A stretch of DNA of 64,000 nucleotides from Chiloscyllium plagiosum (Eukaryota). Under the pieces are notes generated by a model. It was not told the DNA's origin and searched no databases. It worked only from the letters and a program-made list of their open reading frames with translations. Below, one piece after another: positions 12,365-25,160 of this stretch (positions are counted from its first letter, which is position 1; each line of letters begins with the position of its first letter). The stretch spans positions 43,894,569 through 43,958,568 of the forward strand of contig NC_057728.1 in the NCBI RefSeq assembly GCF_004010195.1, given 5' to 3'. The position numbers were made by a program, and so were the translations under genes.

Positions 12365-12494
12365 CTTCTACCAAGGATTTCAAATGAGTATTTGTGAATA
12401 GATCTGTAAATACATTACTGAGTGGTCGATCAAGTGATGAACATCGCACATTTGCCCAGGCTGTGTAACATGTTATTTTTGATTGTTGAGGCAT
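12365..12494 (-). CDS. Tandem-CH-like protein, coding exon 1 (MPQQSKITCYTAWANVRCSSLDRPLSNVFTDLFTNTHLKSLVE)
   Basis: Exon 12540-12365 with TTTACAG acceptor and AG|GTAAGT donor. The ATG is directly preceded by an in-frame TAA. YTAWAN..DL....L..LVE is a CH1 N-terminal signature. Confidence 0.85.
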
Positions 12495-13599
12495 TTAATT
12501 ATATGTTTTCCAAAGTGTTAGTCTGAAATTCCTTCAATATCTGTAAATAAAGAAGTAATTAACTGAAATGTTCAACAATAACTATTCTACTTCTCAATTT
12601 CACTCTTAAAACCAAAACTTGTCTTCTTGGGCAACATGGACAGAATAACCTAATCAATTGCTTGTAGCTATGTTACTAGATACTTTCACTGACACTGGCA
12701 GCTTAGTGGTAAGCATACATGGCAATAAAGATGGTACAGCCTGCTCAGCTCTTTTTTAATGCGGTGATCTTTTACTATTCCCCAGGCCTTGATGTGTTTC
12801 CTAAAAACTACCAATCACAATTCAATACTGTCCTCATTTAACATATAAATCCTCTGCAGGAACATATTGTTCAGGTTACCAGGTGACAATCTAAATTTCC
12901 GAAAACCTCTGAACATGACTTGCACCGGTCATCATAGGAGATTGTTGGATTAAAATACTCAAGCCATCCAGCAGAACTTTCATAGATAGTAAGGAGGATC
13001 ATTTCAGAAAGTCTCTCTCTTCATATACAAATTCCAGACCTGACAAAGAAACAATATCTACTTTATATGAGTTTTTGCTTTCAACCGACCATGTATGCCC
13101 AGGAACCTTACGTTCCCTTCAATCTAGTCTCGAGCTCTATCCTCACCATTTCTCACCTTTTGCTTCTAGTACAAATAGTTTACTTCTTTTCTTTACTGCA
13201 ATACAACAATCCTCTTGTACAATGTGCATGAAGTACCTTGCGGATGTTTACTTATCAACACAAATAATACACAAATATATCAGCACAATAATAAGTACGT
13301 GATCCAGCAATCAAGCCAAAAGACTTGAGTGAAATTTCATGGAGACAAGTATTTACAGAGGTAAAATAAACAAAATGTATAATTCCATCGAGGTTATGAT
13401 GCGATGACCATTATTGAAATATGGCTGCAAGCTAGGCATTATTGGAAGTTAAATATTCCATGTTATAAGGTCTTTAGAAAGAGTATAGAATCAGCTAGAG
13501 GAAGAAGTGAAGTTTTATTCATTGAAGATACGGTTACAAAATTTGTAGCAGACATTATGGATAAGAGAGACCAATTAGCAGTCAGGTTAAAATTATGCA

Positions 13600-14725
13600 T
13601 AGAGTCATAGAGTTATAGAGATATACAGCATGGAAACAGACCCTTCGGTTCAACTCGTCCATGCCAACCAGATATCCCAACCCAATTTAGTCCCACCTGC
13701 CAGCACCCGGCCCATATCCCTCCAAGCACTTCATATTCATATACCCACCCAGATGTCTTTTAAATACTGCAATTGTACCAGCCTCCACCACTTCCCCTGG
13801 CAGCTCATTCCATACATGCATCACCCTCTGCGTGAAAAAGTTGCCCCTTAGGTCCCTTTTATAGCTTTCCCTTCTCACCCTAAACCTATTCCCTCTAGTT
13901 CTGGATTCCCCCACCTAAACCTATTCCCTCTAGTTCTGGATTCCCCCACCCCAGGGAAAAGACTTTGTCTATTTATCCGATCCATGCCTCTTCCGATTTT
14001 ATAAATCTCTATAAAGTCACCCCTCAACCTCCAACTCTTCAGGGAAAACAGCCTTAGCCTATTCAGCCTCATCCTATAGCTCAAATCCTCCAACCCTGGC
14101 AACATTCTTTCAAATCTTTTCTGAACACGTTCAAGTTTCACAACATCGTACCGATAGGAAGACCAGAATTGCATACAATATTCCAAAAGTGGCTGAACCA
14201 ATGTCCTGTACAGCCACAACATGACCTCCCAACTCCTATACTTAATGCTCTGACCAGTAAAGGAAAGCATACTAAACACCTTCTTCACTATCCTATCTAC
14301 CTGCAACTCCACATTCAAGGAGCTATGAACATCCAAGGTCTCTTTGTTCAGCAACACTCCCTAGGACCTTACCATTAAGTGTATAAGTCCTGTTAAGATT
14401 TGCTTTTTCAAAATGCAGCACATTGCATTTATCTAAATTAAACTCCATCTGCCACTCCTCAGTCCATTGGCCCATCTGATCAAGATCACATTGTAATCTG
14501 AAGTAACTTTCTTCGCTGTCCAGTACACCTCCAATTTTGGTGTCATCTGCAAACTTACTAACTATACCTCCTATGTTCACTTCCAAATCATTTATATAAA
14601 TGACGAAAAGCATTGGACCCAGCACTGATCCTTGTGGCACTCCACTGGTCACAGGCTTCCAGTCTGATAAACAACCTTCCACCACCACCCTCTGTTTTCT
14701 ACCTTCGTGCCAGTTCTGTATCCAA
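13600..14725 (-). mobile_element. 5'-truncated CR1 LINE
   Basis: GVPQGSVLGP, YINDL, KFADDTK, LEYC.QFWS, RGNFFTQRV..WN.LP and an octamer-repeat tail. Internal 35-bp tandem duplication at 13879-13948. Confidence 0.95.
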
Positions 14726-15004
14726 GCAAAAAAAGACTTCCATATCAGCAATTCTATAAGCCACAGCTTTGGGGCTTGGGAAGTGGTGGGGGCTCACTTT
14801 GTCCTTTCTGTGTCTGTGTGTGTGTGTGGGTGAAGGGGGCAGGGGATTAAAACAGTAATGTGCGTTATCTACAGGACTTCTAATAATAAAAATGAAGTGG
14901 CAGAAAGTATTAATTCAATGATTAAAGAGGCTTGCACAGGATTTTAATGGGAGATTTTAATTTCCACAAAGTTTGTTTTAAATTACTCATTCATAGGATA
15001 TGGT

Positions 15005-15550
15005 TCAACATTGAGTACTGTGTGCAGTTTTGGTCTCCTAGTCTGATGAAGGACATTCTTGCTCTTGAGGGAGTCCATCGAAGGTTCATGAGACTGATTC
15101 CAAGGATGGCAGGACTGAAATATGAGGAACGACTGGATCGATTGGGCTTCTATTCACTGGAATTTAGAAGAATGAGGAGGGATCTTACAGAAACATATAA
15201 AATCCTGATAGGACTGGACAGGCTAGATGCAGGAAGAATGTTCCTGATTTTGGGGAAGTCCAGAACTAATGGTAACAGTCTAAGAATAAGAGGTAAGTCA
15301 TTCAGAGATGAGGAAGACTTTCTTCCCTCAGACCTGTGAAATTCTGTCCCACAGGAAGATGTTGGAGCCAGTTCAATAGATATATTCAAGGGGGAGCCGG
15401 ACAGGTTCCTTGCAGCTAAAGGGATCAAGGGGTAGTGGGCGAAGGTGGGAATGGGATACTGGGATTGCATGATCAGCCAAGATCATACAGAATGGTGGTA
15501 CAGGCTTGAAGGGCTAAATGGCCTACTCCTGCATCCATTTTCTATGTTTC
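15005..15550 (+). mobile_element. CR1 LINE 3' end
   Basis: EYCVQFWSP..LEGVHRRF..YEERLDRLG.YSLEFRRMRRDL plus 3' UTR. Confidence 0.9.
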
Positions 15551-17079
15551 ATTAACGTCAACATGTATTTCAGACTGTAACTGCTCCTTGAGAAGATGGT
15601 GCAGTGCCATCTTTCTAAACGGTTCCAATCTCACAATGAAGTATTCTCCCAATGCTGTTCGGAATTTGACACAGCAAAGATGTGGGAATTGTGATATAGT
15701 TCGGGGTCATTAGTGTATGATTTGGAGTTGTTACCTTGTTTACCTCGTTCTGTCTAAGCAGTCTGTGATCTGTATTTCCTTGTTTACTATGATCTACCTG
15801 CATTGCTCGCAAAACAACATTTTCACAGTACTTAGGTAAATGTGACTACATCAAAACAAATCAAAATCAAAATCAAACATGCTTACTACTCTGTTCTTCT
15901 AGTTGGGAGAGACCATGGGTTGGAAGTTGTTGTAGAAAAAGTCTTGACAAGTTGCTAGACTACATCTTGTAAATGGTGCACACTGCAGCTATGGTGTTCC
16001 AATGATAGGGGATTGAGTGTTGATGATTTTGAATAGATGCCAATCAAATCAAATCAGCTTTTTGGGTCTGGATGGTATCATATTCTGACATTGCTTCTAA
16101 GACACACTAATCCAGGCCCGTGGAGAATGTTTCATCACACTCCGACTTGTGTCTTTTAGCTAGTGAAAAGGCTTTCAAGATTCAGGAGCTGGTTCATTTG
16201 ATAATGAATATCCAACATCTGATCTGCTCTTGTAGCCACACTACATGGTTGGTCCAGTTATATTTTTGGTCAATATTGAGCCCCAGAACATGCATGCTGG
16301 GAAACTCAGTGATATCAATGCTATTGAATGTCAAAAGACTGTGATTAGACTTGCTCTTTTCCGAGATGGTCATTGTTGGGCACTTTTGCGGCATTAATTC
16401 CACTTGCCACTATTCAGCCAAAGTCTGAATGTATTTCAAGTCTCACCGAATGTGATGCAGATTATTTCCTTAAGACCATAAGATATAGGAACAGAATTAG
16501 GACATGTGGCCCAGCAAGTCTGCTCCACCATTTGATCACATTCTCCTGCCTCCTCCCTGTAAGTCTTGATCCCCTTACTCATGGCTCCTCCATTCTCACC
16601 CTTTTGAACCTGCATAGATAACCTGCAAATAATCCTAAAACACCTAGGTCCCTTTGTGCTTCAGACTTTCCCATTTTTTCCCATTTAGTAAGTAGTCTAC
16701 ACTTCTATTCTTCAGACCAAAGTGCCTAACCTCAACACCTTCGCACATTGTATTCCATCTGCCATTTCTCTTAGCTTGTCTAAGTCCTTCCACTGTCTCC
16801 ATGCTTTCTCAACATTACCTGAACCTCCTTTGTCATCTGCAAACTTAGCAACAATACACTCAGTTCCTTTGTCCAGATTATTAATGTATAGCGGAATAGT
16901 TTCATTATATGAGGAGTTGTAATTGGAACTGAACACTCAAGTTGTCAGTAAGTATTCCTATTTCTAACCTTACTGAACATGGGTGCATAGATTGTTGGTG
17001 AAAAGGTGTAACCTTTTACTACAGACAACATCTTACATCATTTTGCTGATGACATAGTTGACTCATGGTATGTTTTTTT

Positions 17080-17420
17080 ATAGAAACCCTACAGTGTGGA
17101 AACAGGCCCTTTGGTCCAACAAGTCCACACCGATCCTTCAAAGAGTATCCCAAACAAACCTATTCCCCATTACTCTACATTTACTCCTGACTAATACACC
17201 TAACCTACCTATCCCTGAACACTATGGGCAATTTAACATGGCCAATTCACCTAATCTGTACACTTTTGGATTGTAGGAGGAAACCAGAGCACCCTGAGGA
17301 AACTCATGCAGACACAGGGAGAATGTGCAAATTCCACACAGACAGTCGCCCAAGGCTAGAATTGAACCCAGGTCCCTGGCGCTGTGAGGTGGCAGTGCTA
17401 ACACCATGCTGCTGTGCCAC
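17080..17420 (-). mobile_element. HE1-type V-SINE
   Basis: Same sequence as copies at 28892-29235 and 59765-60088: tRNA-like head, V-domain core, CR1-like tail. Confidence 0.85.
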
Positions 17421-17804
17421 TCTCCTATACTCAAAACACTGACCAATAAAGGAAACCATACCAAACACCTTCTTCATTAACCTATCTACCTGTGACTCTA
17501 CTTTCAAGGAACTATGAACCTACACTCCAAGGTCTCTTTGTTCAGCAACACTCCCTAGGACCTTATCATTAAGTGTATAAGTCCTGCTATGATTTGCTTT
17601 TCCAAAATACAGCACCTCACATTTATCTGTCGATTGCCTATATTAGATAATTCTGATCAGGAATTTTCAAATCAGCAGTGTTTTGGGAAGTTCTGATTAT
17701 TGAATGACAGACTTTCTTACTGTAAGACTGAAATTAAACTTTGAAACCTGGGCTAGCTTCTTCCTGATTGATTGAGGTTTTGGGGGATGGGTGTAGGTGC
17801 CTCT

Positions 17805-19070
17805 CACTTCACATCTCTACCTATCGCATTCTCAGCTATCTTCCACCCAACCTCACCCCTCTCCCATTTATTTGTCAGCCCCCAGCCCACAAGTCTATTC
17901 CTGATGAAGGGCTTATGCATGAAACGTTGATTGTCCTGCTCCTCGGATGCTGCCTGACCTGCTGAGCTTTTCCAGTGCCACACTCTCAACTCTGATCTCC
18001 AGCATCTGCAGTCCTCACTTTCTCCTAGTTGATTTCAACCCTATTGCGAAGTCTCTTCCAAGGATGCCTACCTTGAAAAAGTTCTCCTCTTCCCTCTACA
18101 ACGATCTGAGTGTCTCTCTCACTGCACCCTCCAGATCATCTCCTCTGCCCCCAAGCTCTTAGCCACGTCCTGAAGCAGACTCGCTACCACAGCCACATCG
18201 CTTCCTCAGTGCCTGCCTACAGAACCAACTGATCCCACATGGACTCGGGACTACATTCAAACCAACAGAATTTGGACCTGAACAGGACAACCAGTACGTA
18301 CTACAAATCCGAAACCTTCAGCAACGATTCTCTTTCTGGCTCCTCTGCTCCACACAAGCACCTCCACATACATCAAATCATCCTCCCCCACTTCCACCAC
18401 CTACAAACAGACCTCACTACCAGATATATTTTTCCCATCCCACCTTTATCAATGTTCTGGAGAGACCATTCCCTGTGACTCCCTTGTCAGATTTATGCCC
18501 CTCCCGACCCCACACCCCACTCCCGGCACCTTCCCATGCCATCGCAGGAAATGCAAAACCTGCGCCTACACCTCCCCCCTCACCTCTGTCCAATGCCCCA
18601 AAGGATCCTTCCACATCTGATAGAAATTTACCTGTACCTCCACCAATGTCATCTGCTGTATCCGTTGCACCCGATGTGGTCTCCTCTATACTGGGGAGAC
18701 AGGACACCAACTTGCGAATCATCTCTGGGACACCAGCACCCACCAACCTGACGCCACATGGCTGAACACTTCAACTATTTCACCAGTTTCCTCATTTCCC
18801 CTCCCAGTCCCAAGCTTCCAACTCAGCACAACCTTCCTGACCTATCCAACACCTTTCCCATCTACCCAATCCACCCTCCTTTCTGACCTAACACCTTCTC
18901 CCGCTCATTCATCTACCTGTGGTATTCTCAGCTACCTCATCCCCCAACCCCACCCCCTTCCATTTAACTCTCTGCTGCCCACCATATTTTTGATAAATAA
19001 GTCCCGACGTCGATTCTCCTACTCCTCGGACGCTGCCTGACCTGCTGTGCTTTTCCAGCTCCACATTGTG
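17805..19070 (+). mobile_element. Internally deleted Neptune-type PLE with two pseudo-LTRs and GIY-YIG remnant
   Basis: 18531-18716 translates to FPCHRRKCKTC...F.CTSTNVICCIRCTRCGLLYTGETG (Cys linker plus GIY-YIG, with stops). No RT core seen; related pseudo-LTR at both ends. Confidence 0.85.
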
Positions 19071-19308
19071 GTCTCTCACTAACACCTGATGTAGGAGCAG
19101 CGCGTCCAAAGCTAGTGTTTTCAAATAAATATTGGACTATAATGTAGTGTCGTGCGACTTTTGACCTTGTTCAGCCTACTACCTAGCAATTCAGAATGAC
19201 GGATTCCTATGTTCCCTATTCTTTCTCTTAACTGTCATTCATCGTTAAAAATACGCACTTCAAATTTCTCTTCAATCTTTAATAACCAACTGAAAGGACA
19301 GTGCCTAC

Positions 19309-19880
19309 CGGACGCTGACGTCCTCAGGAGAAAAATCCTGACTTTCGCCGCTGAGTCGTGCACCTTTTTACAGAGAAGACAACATTCGGGGCCTCCCGGC
19401 AACCGAGGGAATCCCGCCCTTGCGATTGGTGAACATCGCTGTGATTTTTCGCGTCAGAGAGTTGCAGCATTGTTTACAGTTTCTATGACTCCAAACGAAC
19501 CCGCTGCCTTAACTCGCGGTTTTCGAGACATTTCGCTCCAATCAACTCTTACACGGGGTGTCAACATCACCCTGTATCGATCAAACGGCTACGGCCCCAT
19601 TGTTTTAATTACACACCCATTCATGGTCGTTGTCATAGCTTTTGCATTAATCCAAGGGGAAAACAAAACTTGTGTTCTGGCAGCGGTCATTTCAGCCCTT
19701 ATTGTAAGATCTGGAAAGGCTCGAGTGATATCTTGAACTGTCAAAAATCCAACGACTTCGTTTAGAACCGTAGAATGGTTACAGCACAGAGGAGGTCATT
19801 CGGCATGTTTCTTTGCAAAAGCAACTCAGCTGTTGCCAGTCGCCCTTTTCGGTAGCCCCGCGTTTTTCGTTTTGGTTTGC
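19309..19880 (-). promoter_or_regulatory. CpG-rich promoter and probable non-coding first exon of the CH-like gene
   Basis: Local CpG enrichment in a CpG-poor background; donor CCG|GTAGGC at 19309/19308; CCAAT, forkhead-like TGTTTAC (19471) and RFX-like half-sites. Confidence 0.55.
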
Positions 19881-22800
19881 AGTGTCACCGGGTATACGCG
19901 ATTCAGAGTTGTCACAAAAGTTAAAGATTTTAAAACACTAAAACCCACAAACTAGGTTTCTGTCTAAAACAGTAATCACTGATTATTGCAGGTAATTTAA
20001 TTCTACCTACAGTAAATAATTAAGCTCAATTAAGTAAACTCTAATCCCTTTATCAACTATTCCTTATACAGACAAACAGGGAAATACATGGGTGTGGTGA
20101 AAACCAAAAAATAATGGTCGTATACTCTTTTGTTCACAAGATCAGGATTGATCTTCCTGATACAAAAGTTTCTCCTCAACCTTACAACCTCAACAGTGCA
20201 AATGCTTCCACTGTTTTGCAAGAGGCACAGGGTGGCAGTTTCACTTATAAAAAGTCTCTGAATCCTCCAACTCAGTCACAACTTGCAGCATCTGCTGAAG
20301 GAAAGATGAGCTAGTTTTCCTCAGCTTTAAGTGTCTGCTGGAGATCTGATGGGTTCCTTTCGGGTGTCACTCAATATCTTGCTCCACAGACCAATCACCT
20401 TATTACTGGCAGACAGAGGACCTGGTCATTGATAATTGGTTCCATTTACCACAAATTAATCATCTTCACTTGTAAGCAAACCCTTGACTCTGGTTCATCT
20501 GCACATTGTTGGAATCTACAGTTACAGTGTTCACAACAGGTACAAAATTATTTATTTTCAAAACATGCAGCCATCCTTGTGGCTTTCAAATAGTTATTTC
20601 TCATTTCAAATATTAAAAAGCAGAAAAAAAATCATAATGAATCTGGCTCTACTGCACTCTCAAAGTGTATTCCACATTCCTAATTAGTGCTTTCAAAAAA
20701 AAAACTTATGTGGCTTTTGATTCTTTTGTACCATTCACCTTAATCTGTGCTTTTTTGTTCTTATCCTTTCCACCAATGGAAAGCTTTTCCCACATCTGAT
20801 CTAGACAGTTAGCCAAACCCTGCATGGTTCTTAGTAACTTCATTATATCTTCTTTCAAAGTGCAGACATTTAGCCCTAAATTACTGCAGAAGGTAAGCAT
20901 TTGGTCCATCCAGATCATGCTAGCTCTCTGTTGCCCCTGCTTTAGCTTTTGTTTCTCTCAAGTACCCACCCACTTCCCTTTTGAAATGTTTGCTTTCATC
21001 ATTTTCAGAGGTAGCGAGTTCCTGTATCTGACATAGAGTGAAAGTCTTACAGCATGGACATAGACCCTTCAGTCCAACTTGTTCATGCCAATCAGGTTTC
21101 CCAAACTAAACTAATCCCACCTCTCAGCATTTGACCCATATCCCTCTACATATTTGTTCAAATGTCTTTTAAATGTTGAAACTGTACCTGCAATTACATT
21201 TTCAGGATATCATTACGTGCAAGGTTTGTAGCTCAGGTTGAGGTTTCGTTATGTGTCACATAGCAGTTGGATTGCATGATGAAATCTATTGTCAGTTTAC
21301 AGTCAAACATGATAGCTAGTTGTTCAAAAGAGCTGAGATAAATAACAAATCTTTTGTGAATGTTTTGAGATAGATGTTGGTCTGCAAACAGGCTGGATCC
21401 ACACATAATTGTGGTTCATCTTTGATGAATGTATGAAACTTTTTACATCATCTTAAACAGACAGGACTTTGTTTTAAGGCCTCAAGTGAATTGAGGCAGA
21501 ATGGTGCATTTCCTCAATAAAAAGAAAACCAATAGGAATTGAGCAAACAAATCTACCTCAAAGATATGCCATACCACTGAACAAAGACCCATCAAAATCC
21601 TTTGTTAAAGTTATCTTTTGACATGCAGCATTTTTATGAATGATCAGAAAACTATTTGTTGCATTCTTTCATAATATTTTGCTGTGTTCAAATTGGTGGT
21701 TGCACTTTCTCACAATCACTGCACTTTTGACATATTCTGGAACATGCTGATGTTGTGAAAAGTCCGATGAGAAATACAAGTCCTTTATTTCAAGAAACTA
21801 TTTTAATATCTTGTAGCAGCAATGCATATGCTCTGTTGGAATTGAATACCAAAATGTTAGAAGTCTAATGTCATAACTAGTGTACATTTTTTTTGTATCA
21901 GCAACGTTTAAACCCACTACACTGAAGAACATTTATTGCACAGCCTCTTTCTAGTTTTCTGTATTTTTAATTTCAAAGATTAAATCACATTGTTTACTCT
22001 ACAAATGATTGGAGACAGGATGTACCTTGGAAGATGAGCTAGAGGCCCCTCAGAAATGCTTTTTTGTTTGATTAGCATTGGAAATAGCACTTCCAATCCT
22101 GGAGGTCACCATGTTAAGATTACATGCTTTCCATTGGGTTTTTTAAAAACAGGACATATTCTGTCTCATTGTATAGATTTCAACATCTTTGCTATCTTTA
22201 ATACTTCAGACTTCATAAAATTAAACACAATTATGGATTTTATATAATCAGTAGATAAGGCTAAATAAACATAACAAAAATAAGCTAAAGTACAATCAGA
22301 GAACCAGGAAATGAATTATACTAATTTTGTCTATATTGTGCTTGAAACTAAAGATGCAAAGGATCTTAGCAATGATTTAGGCATTTTCTGAAGATATAAC
22401 TCAAATCTTTTAAAATAAAGCTTCCCCTGCAAGAACTGCCAGCAATGCACACCAACCATTTGGCAACTGGAAAACTGAGTAGCACTGTACAAACAAGTTA
22501 ATTTTGGAAGTTTAAATCCTTTTCCAGTGAACGCAAACTCAGCACAAAACTGGCAGTGACCAGTTTTCTCTCTCTCTCAGAAGATAAAAATACCTGATAT
22601 AAGAAATCAAAATATCAAAAGCTCTAATGAATTTGGCATTTTTGAATACATTGAGAAATAAAGTAAATTATTTTATATCTTAAACACAAACATACTGAAA
22701 AGGTTTTGTGATAATATATAGAAAATGAGAATCCCAGCATAATCATTGGTATTTATACTCACAAACAAAATATTACAAATCAAATAATGCCTGTCATTCT

Positions 22801-23714
22801 AGATTAGTGTAATATGCAGGCTTAAGCATATACACTTGCAAATTTTAAGTATTTGAAACTTCATTTTTGTATCAGCTCTTGTACTGCATCATTCAAAAAA
22901 AATAGTATTATGGCTTATAGGAGGATAAAATCTGAGCCTATTAAAATGAGTGGATGGTGTCTCTTCATGTTAAACAGAAACAGGTAAAAAGTGATCGCCT
23001 GAGGTTTGACATGTTCCATTTCCCTTTCAACTCAAATAACTGAAATCTAATCCAGATAGACGGAAATGAAAACTGTTTTTAGATCCTATGGAAAATAAAT
23101 GCATAGTTTTAATCAGTTTTGAGTGGCCTTTCTCAAGAGAAAAAAAAATCCATCCTTTTTTACAGATATAAAAAAGGATGGAAAAATTCAGACCGATTGT
23201 ATGAATGTTCTTTTCAGATTAGGTTTAAATCACACCTTAAGGTTCTTTTGCATCTAGCTTTGTTGAAGGTGATTTTCAACTACATCATTCCAACATGGTC
23301 TTGCAAATACAGGGTAGGTGCTACTTTCTTCAACTCAAGACATAGTTCAACTTCACAAGTATAAGATTAGCATTTGTATTGCATATCAAACTTTTAATAT
23401 CAAATAACAAAGAAAAGTTGCCCAACTCCCGTGGATTGTTTCTTATAACAATATCAACAATATTTTCCATAGAACAAATTGGCAGAAAACTCTTTGATCT
23501 TAGGGTAAATATTTAAATCAAATACTTCAAAACTTAGAAACATAAAACATATCCAGTACATCTCAAAGGTCCAGCAAGCTGATTTGATGAGCAGAACAAT
23601 GTTTTTTAAAAAAAAAAGGTAAATTTCCAGTTAAATAAATATAAAGAAATGCTGGAAATCTGAAATAAAAACAAAGCGCTGGAGAAACCTAGCAGGTCTG
23701 ACCTTTTCAGTTTC

Positions 23715-24396
23715 AATGTGCAAAGATGCAATACCTGCTGTATACCACCCTCCTCATCTCCATCCAGGGCTCCAAACAATCTTTCCAGATGAGACAGAGG
23801 TTCACCTGCCTCTCTTCCAACCTAGTTTACTGCATCAGGTGCTCCCTACATCAGGTAGACCAAACATAAACTTGGGGAATGTCTCACCGAGCATTGCAGC
23901 AGGGTCTGCAGGAGCCTGACCTCCCAGTCACTGCCAATTTTAATCCCCCCAACCACTCTCTTTCCAACAGGACCATCCTTGCCTCTTCCATTCCAAAACA
24001 AACCACAGCGCAAATTGGAGGAACACCACCTCATTTTCCACCTGGGCAGCCTAGAGGACTCAATATTCAGTTCTCCAATTTCAAATAACCTCCCTTTCCA
24101 TACCCCAACTCTCTTCCCAGCCCCTCCCCCTCCCTTCCACTGCTCCCTGCCACCAATCAGACTCATTCCCCCCATTGACCAACCAGGTCATACCCTCTAC
24201 CTGTCTTCACCTATTCCCACTTCCCCATTCTGACCCATCACCCCCTTTCTCTGCAGCTCCCTTCACACCTACCCCCAGTCCTGAAGGGTTATACCCGAAA
24301 CGTCGAATTCTCCACCTCCTGAAGCTGCCTGGCTTGCTGTATTCTTCCAACCTTCTGCCTGTCTATTTTGGATTCTAACATCTGCAGTTTTTTTGT
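23715..24396 (+). mobile_element. 5'-truncated PLE (GIY-YIG end plus pseudo-LTR) with 12-bp TSD
   Basis: QRKLEEHHLIFHLGSL remnant; direct repeat CTTTTCAGTTTC at 23703-23714 and 24397-24408. Confidence 0.8.
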
Positions 24397-24578
24397 CTTT
24401 TCAGTTTCTCCAGCATTTTCTACTGTTGTTATTTTTCGAGTTATAGTTTAGTCTTGTGTGATCTCTTTAGATTGGACCAACTTTAGTTGGAACAATACCA
24501 ATTACAGGGAAAATTTTGGGTATCAGAAATAGGGGAAGAGCAAAATAATGCCAATGTTGAGATCAAAAGTATGTAATT

Positions 24579-24749
24579 TTATTTTATGCCTTGATTCTCC
24601 TGTATTTTTTTAAGCAGGTATTCCATCTGTAGATTCAGGTTTGGCTGTCCTTTTCTTGTTTTTTTGCTGAGTATTCTGTACCTCTCTAGTTTATCTTCCT
24701 TGTATTTTCTCTGCGCCTCTTCCTTTTCTCGTTGACGTTTTTCAGCTGC
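24579..24749 (-). CDS. CCDC59: CCDC59 (TAP26) exon 4, terminal
   Basis: [56 protein letters not shown], the conserved [20 protein letters not shown] end; AG acceptor, phase 0. Confidence 0.95.
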   Translation of the reverse strand, partial: AAEKRQREKEEAQRKYKEDKLERYRILSKKTRKGQPNLNLQMEYLLKKIQENQGIK

Positions 24750-24789
24750 CTTTATGAGAAAATTACAAAGTTACCAATTAGATCTCAAG

Positions 24790-25160
24790 TAGAGTCATAG
24801 TCATACAGTCAGACAGCATGCATGCATACAGATTCTTCGGTCCAACTAGTCCACGATGAACATAAGCTCAAACTAAACTAGTCCCACCTACCTACTCCTG
24901 GCCCATATCCCTCCAAATCTTTCCTTTCTTTCCTATCATGTACTTATCCAAATGCCTTTTAAATGGTGCAATTGTACCCATATTCACCACTTGCTCAGGA
25001 AACATCCACACGCAAACCACCCTCGGGAAAGAATTTGCCCCATATGTCTTTTTTTAAATCTCTCCTCTCTCACCTTAGAAATGGGCCACCTAGTCTTGAA
25101 ATTCCCCATCCTAGGGAAAAGACGACTACCATTAACTCTATCTACACCCCTCATTATAGT
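24790..25160 (-). mobile_element. CR1 3' end
   Basis: MRGVDRVNGSRLFPRMG and a CR1 3' UTR/tail as in 13600-13990. Confidence 0.85.

Noticed and set aside
19209-19736. 175-aa plus-strand ORF
   Set aside because: No recognisable motif; overlaps the CpG-rich promoter region antisense to the CH-like gene, so probably a chance ORF.
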